DNA of 63,913 nt, counting the filler, from Choristocarpus tenellus KU-1152 (lineage: Eukaryota; Protista; Phaeophyceae): assembly GCA_964200185.2 (NCBI GenBank). It is 9 parts of 9 records of this genome, joined end to end, with 100 filler letters (N's around TTAATTAATTAA, not from the genome) between each part and the next. Parts side by side here need not be neighbours in the genome. Positions count along the whole stretch, not along the records: positions 50,349 to 53,748 come from CAXNAD020020290.1; positions 53,849 to 58,551 come from CAXNAD020013404.1; positions 58,652 to 61,312 come from CAXNAD020025870.1; positions 61,413 to 63,913 come from CAXNAD020027285.1; 5 more parts are not named here. One strand, given 5' to 3'. Positions 53,258 to 63,913 of this stretch are shown one piece after another. The translations under genes were made by a program, and so were the position numbers. The notes beneath the pieces were generated by a model. The model was not told the origin of the DNA, searched no databases, and worked only from the letters and a program-made list of their open reading frames with translations. The first letter of the stretch is position 1. Each line of letters opens with the position of its first letter.

Positions 53258-53621
53258 AAAATAATAATTGGGTGTAAAAATTTTGCACCTGTCACAATAT
53301 TTTTCCTGCTTCCCCATGAGAGCAGAAAATGGATTGTGGTCTTAACCTTTTCAACTCATCTCATCGCAATAAGCCTGTACACTCTAGAGCTAAGGAAGAT
53401 CATGGACTTCATCGATGCCCCTGTCTCAGCATCATAAAGATGTCTACCATCTCTACAGATTTGAGAGCACACCACGTTCACCTGATGAGTGAATTCTGTT
53501 GGAACTTCTATCTGCTAAACCTAACGTTGGTTGACACTATTATCACCACCAAGTGTGTAAAAAGACATGTCCTGCACAAGAGTACGCTCTCTACCCACTG
53601 TGCAACCCATTTTCAGTGCAT

Positions 53622-53889
53622 GAGACCCAAAGTATCTGGGAGGGGAGGGGGGAGGGTCTACACTAGGGGTGTCCTTTGGACCAAAATCAGGAAAAGTGCA
53701 TTTACAATATCCATCCGACGTATGCAACCAAATCACCCAAAAATCGCGNNNNNNNNNNNNNNNNNNNNNNNNNNNNNNNNNNNNNNNNNNNNTTAATTAA
53801 TTAANNNNNNNNNNNNNNNNNNNNNNNNNNNNNNNNNNNNNNNNNNNNCCCAAATGGACACGGCTCTACCCTCTAAGATACTTTGACTC
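53622..53889. mobile_element. MITE B (53622-53748) and reverse MITE A end (53849-53889) on either side of a linker
   Basis: GAGACCCAAAGTATCTGGG... before the gap and CCCTCTAAGATACTTTGACTC after it. These lie on separate contigs. Confidence 0.75.
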
Positions 53890-54456
53890 ACATGCCTTAA
53901 CCAATAGTTTGCTGCAGTAAATTGCACATGTTCCCCCCACACATGGAAACCCCACAGGTTTTATTGGCTGCAACAGTTGTGTGTTGGTTGAAAGTATAGC
54001 GCATGAGAGGCAAACCCTCCACATATTTAAAGTTGACACTTGTGCAACAGACCTCAGCAACGAGTCTCTCACTTTAATTGCTTCCGCATTTCTCATTCAT
54101 CTTTCCTTCAAGCAAGTACACAGGAGAGCTCGAAACATCTGCAAACCTTGCAACAAGAGGGAACACTACGATTGAACTAGGTGATTTTCCAAACTTGTTG
54201 AGCTCCTGGAAAATATGCCCCAATACATCAGGTTTATATATAGATGTTTGTATGCATATACGTGGGGCCCAGTTTGTAGATGAGATGAAGTGGTCACCTC
54301 TGGTTGAAGAGAACAGATATTTTTAGTAGCTACTGTATATATTAATTTCTTAAAAACACAAGTGCTGCATTTCCACGACTCTCCATACTCTGATACTCAG
54401 AAAAATCCGACCAACAGTAAAAAAACTGGAAAGAGGCAGGCAATGAGGAAGGCTGG

Positions 54457-57050
54457 TTACAGTCTTACATGAGGCGGTTGGGAACCTGTCTTTGGTATTT
54501 CTCGGTCTCCTACAGGACGCTCCACCTTGTTTCCACTGTCCAAATCCAGCCCTCCCTCCATAGAAGACCTATCTCTTCCCTTGCACGAATCCATCTCTTC
54601 TGTAACCTTACTGCCAATTCCACATATCTCGATATCGCCCACCCCAAGGTCATGTACCTCATCCCGTTCGGATGACTCCAAGGTCATGTCTTTTTCAGCA
54701 TCATTTTCCTCTCTACGTCTTGCCTGCCCTTGTGAAGAGGCGTTATTTTCTTCATCATGTGGTGAGGCCAGCTCAGGAGATGATTTTTCCTCAATGGTAT
54801 TCCCCAGGGATTTCTCAATAATGGGGTATTCACCCAAGGGTGTGTCATCCTCCAACTCGATGGAGATATCCGACCCCTGGTTCATGACGGAGTATTAGTT
54901 GAGGCTTTAGAGCAAGAGGGATGGACTATACGTTTTTTCCCGAGCATTCCCTTGAAATCCCAACTGTTCACCACCCCAAACAGGGGAAAACAGATTTCCT
55001 ACATGTTCCCTATCACTTCTAAATCTGAAGCGGAAATTCCGACAAAATACTTGAAATGTCAAAGAACAAAAAATATAAACCTAACATAGAGGTTAGCATT
55101 GAAACAGTTGTTAAAATATTAGGTATGACATGAACTCCCCTGCCATGCTAGGAAAAGTCCCTAGCAGGGCAATTAAAACTAATAGCATGTTTCAATGTGT
55201 GAGCTCAGACCCCAGGCACCCAGGCATACACCACATTCCACCTCTCCTACCACTACAGAACCTTTCTGTAGGAGAAGTAAAAACACTGCGCCTTGATTGG
55301 TCAGTCCCAAGCTCTCACCTCTTTTACTGGTTGTTCCTCCCTCTCGAGTGTAGAGTCGTGCTGGAAGTATTGAGTGTCAAAACTGTTGTTGCCCCGAGGA
55401 GTCACCTCTGGTGTCTTCTCTTCTACCTCACCTTCTTCTAAAATCCCTCTCTTTTCAGGCCCTGTCATGCTCATAGGTTGGGGCTCAATGTGTAGGTCTG
55501 AGACCCCATTATCACGCTCCTAACGGTCCAATCAAGGTGAAGAGGGGGGGAGCACGAAATATCGAGAGGCAATAGGAAGGAATGCCTATGGGGGATACCT
55601 TGGCAATTAAGCCGGTGAAGTATACTTATCCAAATCAAAACATAAAGTTTGAGCTACTACTACCTCAGTTTGAATGTGCAGAGAACCAGATCATACGGGG
55701 TGCATTTTGTTCTTGATTTTCCACGCATCTCTTTGTATGCTTGCCCAAATGCTCCAAACTGTTGGAAAGGGGTATGAAGCAGAGCTATTATTGAGAGATC
55801 ATGGAACACAAAGTAGTATTCTATTAATGAGGAAATAGATGCGTTCATCCTTGCAACCTCTCCTGTACCCTCAATGTTAAATAGTTCTGTAGGGAGGCCA
55901 TTGTCAGTTTTGGGAGGTGGGTAGGGCGAGTTCCTGTATAGTACACTATTATATGTAGAGCAAAAGCAATGCGCCCACTTTATGTCTTTACGCCTTCCTC
56001 AATTGATGTGCAAACCCTACTTTGATACTATATTATTGATACTACGGGCTTTGTGGAAGTTGAACCAAGACACAACAACTACTTAAAATAAACTATTATA
56101 GTGAACATCACGGGCATCTCAAATGCCTCTTTGGTAATTTCGTGGAACAACCCCACTGAGACTCACACCAACATGGACATGACAAGAGGGGCAAAAAGTA
56201 ATTTTTGGCCCAATCTGCTGTATCATTCACCTCGACAGGTTTATTTCCCGTTTCACATGTCCCCTCAGGGCTGAGAAGATGGTCGCGCCTCTTGATGCCG
56301 GCCATAAGGGTAGCATCAACCACTTGGAGAAGATTGACCTTCAACCGAACAGTCGGGCAAGTGTACAGGTGTTTCAATGAAGGACTGGAAATGAGACTCA
56401 ACAAAGACGCACAGCTCCAGATAGGAGGTTGATCAAAGAGTGCACAAAATGAGCAGAGGAGAAAATTCCTAGTGCAGGAGAAAGTTCCCAGGAAGACGAC
56501 CTCAATCTTTCATTGGTGAATCACATGTGCAGACAAGGCAGTTTTCGGTGTGATATGTGCGTGTGTATGTGGGGGATAACAATCATCCAAAAGTTGGAGG
56601 CGCCTCTGTTTCTATTACTTACGAACACAGTGCCAATCAGTCACTTTTCGTGATGTGACAGGAAATCACTGGGGTCGAATTGGCAAGAGTTTAAGCAATT
56701 GCTCGAAGTATCTTTCTTACACAGAAGGGCGCAGTCTGTGAACAAATTAATAACCGTAATGATATAGTGTCAGCTGATCTTAGTCATACATTCCAAACCC
56801 AGCTGATTGACAACACAAAAACTTCTGCTTCAATGTATATGGTTTCAAGTAGTTTTTTTTTTATCAGAATAAACATATTTAAAATATTGTGAATCTTCCA
56901 TTGTGGTGGTGAGGTGAAGCACTACAGAGACGACAAAGCTCTGCACACACAAACGGAACATCCTTGGACCCTTACATACTCTCCACACCCACCTCTCGCT
57001 TGAGCATGTCGACCTGGGCCAGAGCAGCAGCTTCTCCTTGCCTTGACACA
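54457..57050 (-). pseudogene. Fragmentary multi-exon hypothetical gene with acidic low-complexity exons and apparent stops or frameshifts
   Basis: Exon-like blocks at ~54457-54885, 55320-55520, 55665-55930, 56170-56430 and 56900-57050 have splice-like boundaries. There are in-frame stops (e.g. VESM*), and no domain was recognised. Confidence 0.3.
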
Positions 57051-58043
57051 ATGATATCATGTCTAAGATTCAATATCTGATCAATAGCAAGAAATGGGAA
57101 TAGCAACCAGAGAAACTTCAAGGCTGATATAAGGTGGACTTCCAAAAATGTCATGGAATCTTTCAGACATCATCACAAAGACAAATACATTTCAAGAAGT
57201 AACATGCTCCCCTTGATACAAATTATACATACTCCATATTTGACACAAACACCCCTTGTACTTGATAAAACGTCCATGGATAGATCATTCAGATCCTGTA
57301 CACATGGTGAAACCCACTGGGGAGTAGTCCAACCCAAGATTTCCCTGCTGCATCAAAGTCCTGAGTGACCCTGTAGAACTTGAAGCAGGTGTCACACTGC
57401 AAGGGACAAACCTTTGACTTTCAGTGGTGATGGGAAAACACTCTTGAGAAAAATGTGATCATGTGACCTAGGTTGGACGACAGCAAACTAGCATCATCCA
57501 CTTCAGTCAAACACTTACAGTTGAAACTGTTCTCGAGGGAGAAACCACAATGCATTCGGCGCAATGATACTCTCCCGACTTTAGTCCAAGTTGGAGCAAT
57601 GTCAAAGGTATGTTCGTGGCTTGCCAGGTGTAGAATTGACATTAGAGAGAGAATCGGCTTGCAAAGTTTGGAAGGGAGCCGATGATACAGCACTGCAGTC
57701 TTTCCTGCTGGCTTAGCCAGAAATGACTTTTTACAGTATGGATGACTCTGTGTACAGCAAATGCATGGCCGCCTCAATCAATACAGCTTGCTTGAGCCAT
57801 GCAAGATGGGGCATACATTGTGCTTGGGGGATGTTAAGACACTCCTCAGCATTTCTTTGTAGGTGCTGCCCATACTCTGTGTATATATAGAACCGCATCA
57901 TGGTGTATGTTGCTCTATTGAACGTGCAAAGGTAGTAAAAACATATTAAATCTTAACCAATTTTCGAAAAGCAGGGGCAGTGCCTTGAGATATGCTTGAT
58001 CTGCTGGACACATTGTTCTTAGGTGAAGTGTTGCCGGCTGAAA

Positions 58044-58551
58044 GAGCCAAAGTATCTTAGAGGGTAAAGCCGCGTCCATTTGGGGGTCAAAATCCGATGT
58101 TGCGATTTCGATGTAATTATGGCTATCGTGCTTGTTAGGAAGTGTCAGTACCCTTGTTCCGGACACACTTTTTCATAATGTATACATTTTACCTACTCCG
58201 AAATTATTTTGGAGTGGGAAAATGTCATAAAACCCCCGAGGGAAGTCAAGCCCCAAATGGACAAACAGGGCACAACTCGTACCCTCTAAGATACTTCCAC
58301 TCAAAGTATCTGCGGGGGGGGACGGAGGTCGGGCCAATTTTTCCATGTCGCGATTTTTGGGTGATTTGGTTGCATATGTCAGAGCCAAAGTATCTTAGAG
58401 GGTAGGGCCACGTCCATTTGGGGAACAAAATCTAATGTTCCGATTAGGATGAAATTTTGACTATTTTGTTTTGTTTGGAAGTGTCAATATCCTTGTTCAA
58501 GACACACCTTTCCATAACATAAATACTTTACCTACTCCGAAATATTTATGA
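58044..58551 (+). mobile_element. Nested MITE stack: full A (58044-58302), B fragment (58303-58381), second A (58382-contig end)
   Basis: The first A copy is flanked by AAA/AAA and followed directly by AAAGTATCTGCGGGG (B terminus). The second GAGCCAAAGTATCTTAGAGGG interrupts the B interior. Confidence 0.85.
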
Positions 58552-61500
58552 NNNNNNNNNNNNNNNNNNNNNNNNNNNNNNNNNNNNNNNNNNNNTTAAT
58601 TAATTAANNNNNNNNNNNNNNNNNNNNNNNNNNNNNNNNNNNNNNNNNNNNCTGTGTCTCCCCCCCCCCCCCCCTGATACTTTGGGTCCAAGGCATGGCT
58701 TCCACTTTATTTCCCTACCAGCAACGTACTGTACTGCTGTACGATAGCATGACTCAGGAAAAAAGGCACTTTTCGCGAGAAATTTTACGCGCGCGCCAAA
58801 CTCGCGCGAATATCTCTAGGAATTTGTGCCAAATCGCCCGAATACGAGAATTCCGGTACAAAAGCCTATTTTTATTAGTATGTCGAAAAAAGCGGTACAA
58901 CATTGCATATTTTTCGATTTCGTTCATAATATTTGGCCCAAAATAGGGGCACCTACTGTAATCTTTTACACATGAATAAAAAGCATATTAACAATGTGGC
59001 AAGCACATTGATACGATATACCCTCTTGCCTATGAATATATGTTGTTGCTTCCTCCACCAAGCAATCATTTCGATCCCTTTTGCCCCCCCTTACCTTGTG
59101 GAAATCGAGTGATTCCCATCCATCTATTCATCGATAACTTATCGGCACTGGCTCTCATCCACATGTACATAATCGCACCAATTAGTCTCATTATATAAAT
59201 AAATTATTCTTTCACCAAATGACACTCCACACATTGGTCCAGAACGATCCCATTGCTGTTAGCGATTCTCCTCCTCATACCGCTGTTGCTTGCCATCTCA
59301 CACCTTTCGCAGGTGGGCTGGTAGTACCTGTATGTGTCTTCCAAGTTATATTTGTAGGTTCTTTGGCTCTAACCAGCTCTAGACTGTGTATATAGTTTGT
59401 ACTCAGGAGGAACGTACCTCATTTTCAGTCTACGGTATGTCTGGTTGCTGTCTCGTTTTAAGAACAATACGTTCCACGATTTCTTCACTACAATACGAAT
59501 AGTATGACGCAATGATAGTAGGTACGCCTTTTCTGCACTGCAGTTGTACACCCAGGATTCAAGATGCCAAAGTTGCAAGCCGACCGTGGCTGCAGAGATT
59601 CACAGAGGCCTGAAAAAGAGTATCAAGCAAGGCCTTGATATAGTCAGTTGTGAAATGCTGAGCGCGAAGCCTGTACCACCCATCATGGAAAAAATACTCC
59701 ATTGTCACACGTCTTGCCTCTCCATTGAATGTGTGCATGCAGCGAAGGTGGTCGGCCACTTCCAGAGAGGTCTATGTATGTTTGTTCACCCCATTCATAC
59801 CATACAATGAATGCATGGTTTATTCGGATTACAATATATCTTGGCACTTTTATACACTACTTATTCCATGAAATCACGAAAGTATAAATCACAATGAAAA
59901 TAACAATGTTCGGTACTGTTATCCCCGGAAATGTTTGACACCACCCAGATCAGATTCTTACGGTTAAGTTTGCCAACAGGTCATACCTGCTGCTCACAAT
60001 GACAAAATTACTAAGTTTCTAGTACTCAAACCTTTTTGAGTTGCAGGGTCGTGTCACAATATGCTTCTGGGTATGGGGGATCGTTTAACTCGGTGATCCA
60101 CATATCCCAGCTATGAGCCTCGAAGGTTGACCCTGCATCTCAGACAAGTGTGGGTACTTTCAGACCTTTGTCGGTGTTGAGTGTGAACAAGACTCTGTAC
60201 TACTACTGTCTTTGTGGAGGTGACTGACTGATACGAGGCTTTCCCTTGGCATGGATCAACTTCTCCCCCTTCACCGCACCAATCTCCTTCCCACCTATGA
60301 CCCCTCTTTTTATTGTTCCTCAACAGGAGGATAATAGGCACAAATATTTATTTTGTGATAGCCAAGCAATTATTTGAATCAAGAGGGTTGTGATCGTGTG
60401 AGGAAAAGAGTTCCGTAATATTTCATTCCTGTTTACTAAAGCAATTTGCTCGTATGCTACTTATTCCATATGTAAAGAGGTCACATAATTACTTGATCTG
60501 TCTAATTTTGCTATTTGAATGAAACGTACTAGGGATACTTGATGCACAGTTACCCGCCTACCCAACATACGTTTCGTGGTGGTTTGGTCTCAAACAGCAT
60601 ATCGACTTGACCAAGGACTTGAGGTCCAGTAAGACCAAACATCACTTTGCGACTCTCAAAAGAGCTAATTGTGGACACATTTTCACCAGGGCAACTAACT
60701 ACAGATCTGCACATTATAATAGCTAGCCCTTACAGGAGGAGAGACTATTGGCACACTCATGCGTACTTTGCAGTACGTGCTGTTCTGTCAGCAGAGGAGA
60801 TAATTTTGGTTTTTGTACAATGTCTCCTGCCCTTCAATCTTGCATGACTCCCATATTTGTATGAAAATGAGGAGTTGTGCAATATGTTTTTTGAAGTTCA
60901 TTGGACCTTGAAAGTCCAACTAAACAAAGCTTCACAGTCACACACGCATAGACTCCAGGCCCTGTATCCAGCCCCTGTTCTTACTACCAAATACCCCCCT
61001 CTCTCAAAAAACAATGGCAAAATATCTCCCTCCAATCAACTAGAAGAGTCGAAAACCAATAAAAAACTGATAAAACCGAATTCTTCAGTAAAAAAATTGT
61101 GTGACTCAGAAGTAGCCCTCCAATAAAGGGAAGAAACACCCCCAATATAAAGTCAGTACTAGGTAAGATGTAAAATAACAATCTTACACATACAGGTACA
61201 ACTAATAAGAATATTTGACACCCAAATGCACACCCCAAGATTTTCCGTGTCTCACCTTTAGCCCACAATATCAGGGGGTATTACATTCTTAAGAATAGTG
61301 CCTAGAGCTAGGNNNNNNNNNNNNNNNNNNNNNNNNNNNNNNNNNNNNNNNNNNNNTTAATTAATTAANNNNNNNNNNNNNNNNNNNNNNNNNNNNNNNN
61401 NNNNNNNNNNNNTTATTTTTTTTTTGGTGGGGGGGGGGACCGCCGACCCTAACCCCCCCCCCCCCCCCAGATACTTTGAGTCTTGGGCTAAAGTCACGCC

Positions 61501-62322
61501 TATTCCTTGTTCAATAACGTCCATGTGGGTCTTAAATCGCAATTATGATGACGAAAATTTAAGGGAGGTGCAATTGTGAGTAGGCGTTATCATTCCTCGA
61601 AAGTAGACTGCTACTCTACTGCTCTGCGTTGAACTCAAGTTAGGATTTTTGTTCTGCAGGCATGAGTCGGGACGGCTAGTATTTATATGTATCTACATAA
61701 AGTTCACAAACCTGTGAATGGGTTGAAGACCTTTGGGGCCATACGGCGAGGGGGTAGTATGATCTTTCTTGATGCAAACAGCAATTTAGATGGGTTGAGG
61801 GTAGCACCCGTGGCTTGGAGATTGAACAGCATTCTCTCTCTCTCAGTTAGTTGAGTGCGGTTTACCCATGTGGGAGGTGCGAACACTGTACCTTGTAAAT
61901 TACGAGGATGCACTTCAAAGGACTTTTTTCTTTTATTCTGAAACTGTTTTTTTTTTTTTTAATGAAGCTATCGAACAATCAGGGTGCATTACTGACTCCA
62001 AATGTTTATTGAATAGACTCCAATTTACCATTGGGAGTAATGAATGACATCTTCCCTGCAGTGTTCTTTGTATGTCTACTTGTATTTGTATTTGTATTTG
62101 CTAATATCCTGATTGGATATCCGTATGACTCAAATGTTTCTCACACCTTGAATTTTTGGAGGCAATCTTCCATGGATGGCAATGGTCAAGACTGCTGGAT
62201 GGCGTTTTTCGGGTGTATATTGTGACAGCAAGAATGAGACTATCCATCAGCTTTGAACATAGGCGTGGTGCTGGGTGACACACAGGGAATGGTTTATGGA
62301 TGAAATTTTTTTGGTTTTTCTT

Positions 62323-62589
62323 GAGCCACAGTATGTTAGGGTTATAGGGTAGAGCCGCGTCCGTTTTGGGGTCAAAATCCAATGTTACGATTTCAATGTA
62401 ATTTTGGCCACTGTGTTTGTTAGGAGGTGTCAGTATCCATGTTCTGGGCACACCTTTTCATAACGTATACATTTTACCTACTCCGAAACATTTTGGAGTA
62501 GGAAAATGTCATAAAAAAAAACTCATGGGAAGGCAAGCCCCCAATGGACAAACAGGGCAAAATTCGTACCCTCTAAGATACTTTCACTC
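62323..62589 (+). mobile_element. MITE A, full copy carrying a telomere-unit insertion in its left TIR
   Basis: GAGCCACAGTAT-GTTAGG-GTTATAGGG ... CCCTCTAAGATACTTTCACTC. Flanks CTT/CTT. Confidence 0.9.
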
Positions 62590-62699
62590 CTTGTCTCTAA
62601 TGTGCTTGCAAAGAGTCCCTTGCACACAATTGATCGGATGTGTCCCTGGTTAAAGGGAAAATCTAGCAGTAGCTATACTAAATTCACCATGTTCTTATT

Positions 62700-63400
62700 T
62701 TGGCAGGGTGAACACTGGCCTATGTTTGGCACAAACATTTAGTATCTCCTCTGTTTCTCTGGCAGTGAGTAGAGTGTCCGATATTGGTGGTACAGATACT
62801 TCTTTCAAGCTCAGCTCCTCATGTACAATACGAATATTTGGTTTGCTGGTAGGTGTAGCAGCATCAACACTGACGAATGGATCTTATATATCATCGTCTA
62901 CGGTGGCTGGACCAATATGCCCAACTTTCAAATCTTGCAGTGAACTTAACTCCTTGACTGGAGGGATTAAAATTTGGTACAACACATGAACCATGTTTGT
63001 GCTGAACCAAGAAGATGGTACAGCTTGCCGTCGGGCAGGACGATGGACTTTGACAACCCAAGGTTTGATACCAGGTTTCCATTGGACAGGCAGACTTTGT
63101 GTGAGGCTTGATACCAGGTTCCACTGGCTGAACCAGGAAGTGCTTCAGATTTCCTGTCAATCACGTCTTTGTGGGAAGGGACGTACTAAGGTCTCACGGT
63201 CAAGACTGTTACATGGGCAGCGGCATGAAGAGATGCAATACTTGCATAGGGTTGTTGAAAAGTGGCATTAATTTTCTTGGGTTTTCAGATATTACCTCGT
63301 CAGAGTTCATCGTTCTGGCATTACCTCAACATTTTAATCCCTGTATTTGAGGAGGCGTATCGTATTGCACTTAATCCTAATGCTCCGTTTTGTGTGTTTG
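62700..63400 (+). mobile_element. Decayed Zisupton/DUF6729-like transposase relic
   Basis: Ordered motif remnants DTSFK (~DHTFK), VRLDTRFHWLN (~LDxFHxMxR) and FWHYLNILIP (~FHxHLNxFIP), interrupted by stops and frameshifts. Confidence 0.35.
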
Positions 63401-63913
63401 CCCTTGCACCCTTCCCCTACTGTACTGCCCTGATCACCATCACTGACTGGCACTGCACAGGGTAAGGTGATATGGCTGTGGGCAGTAGCACGGCTTATGT
63501 ACGTGGCTTGGGAACATGAGCCGTCTGTCATCAAAGCTGCACATGACCTGGAAACAGACCTCGAGGTGTTTCACATGATGTGATGTGATGTGATGTGATG
63601 TGATGTGATTTGTGTGCATTAGAGTGTGGAGGAGTGCAGTATGTGCATTTGCAGTAGAATTGAGCAGAGTTGGGTTTGGTTATGTACTGTAGTATGTTAC
63701 TTGAAAGAATCTGAGATTCGGTAGATATGTTGGGTGAATCATGGTTTTGTTGTGTATTTTTGAGTTTGTGTTTTGTTTCAAAGTATTGAATGTGTGTGTG
63801 TGTGTGTGTGATTGGGTTCGTGTTTAGTTGGATTGTCCTCCTGTGTGGTTCTGCCTTAGTGATGTGATGTTCTGCATTAGATGGAAGGTCATCATTGTTG
63901 CACTGTCAGCAAT

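Overview
This is eukaryotic, intron-rich nuclear DNA, probably from a stramenopile or brown-alga-like organism (inferred from gene style and TTAGGG repeats). The window is nine separate contigs joined by artificial N44-TTAATTAATTAA-N44 linkers. It contains the 5' 20 exons of the RNA polymerase I largest subunit gene (NADFDGD motif), a multi-exon PWWP/Q-rich gene, a FAF2/UBX-like gene fragment and a beta-propeller glycoenzyme-like ORF. It also holds decayed mariner, Harbinger, integrase and Zisupton-like transposase relics, and a multi-subfamily MITE group with GAG(C/T)CAAAG termini. Main finding: the Pol I gene introns host at least four box C/D snoRNAs. Two are paralogues guiding the 18S Am420-equivalent, one guides the 25S A-loop Um2921-equivalent, and one guides a site just 3' of the P-loop. 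Together the first three carry the two targets of yeast snR52 on separate RNAs. Other notable signals are about 30% non-YAG splice acceptors, CpG-decay signatures, 3-bp versus 4-bp target-site duplications (TSDs), and telomere units inserted inside transposons.
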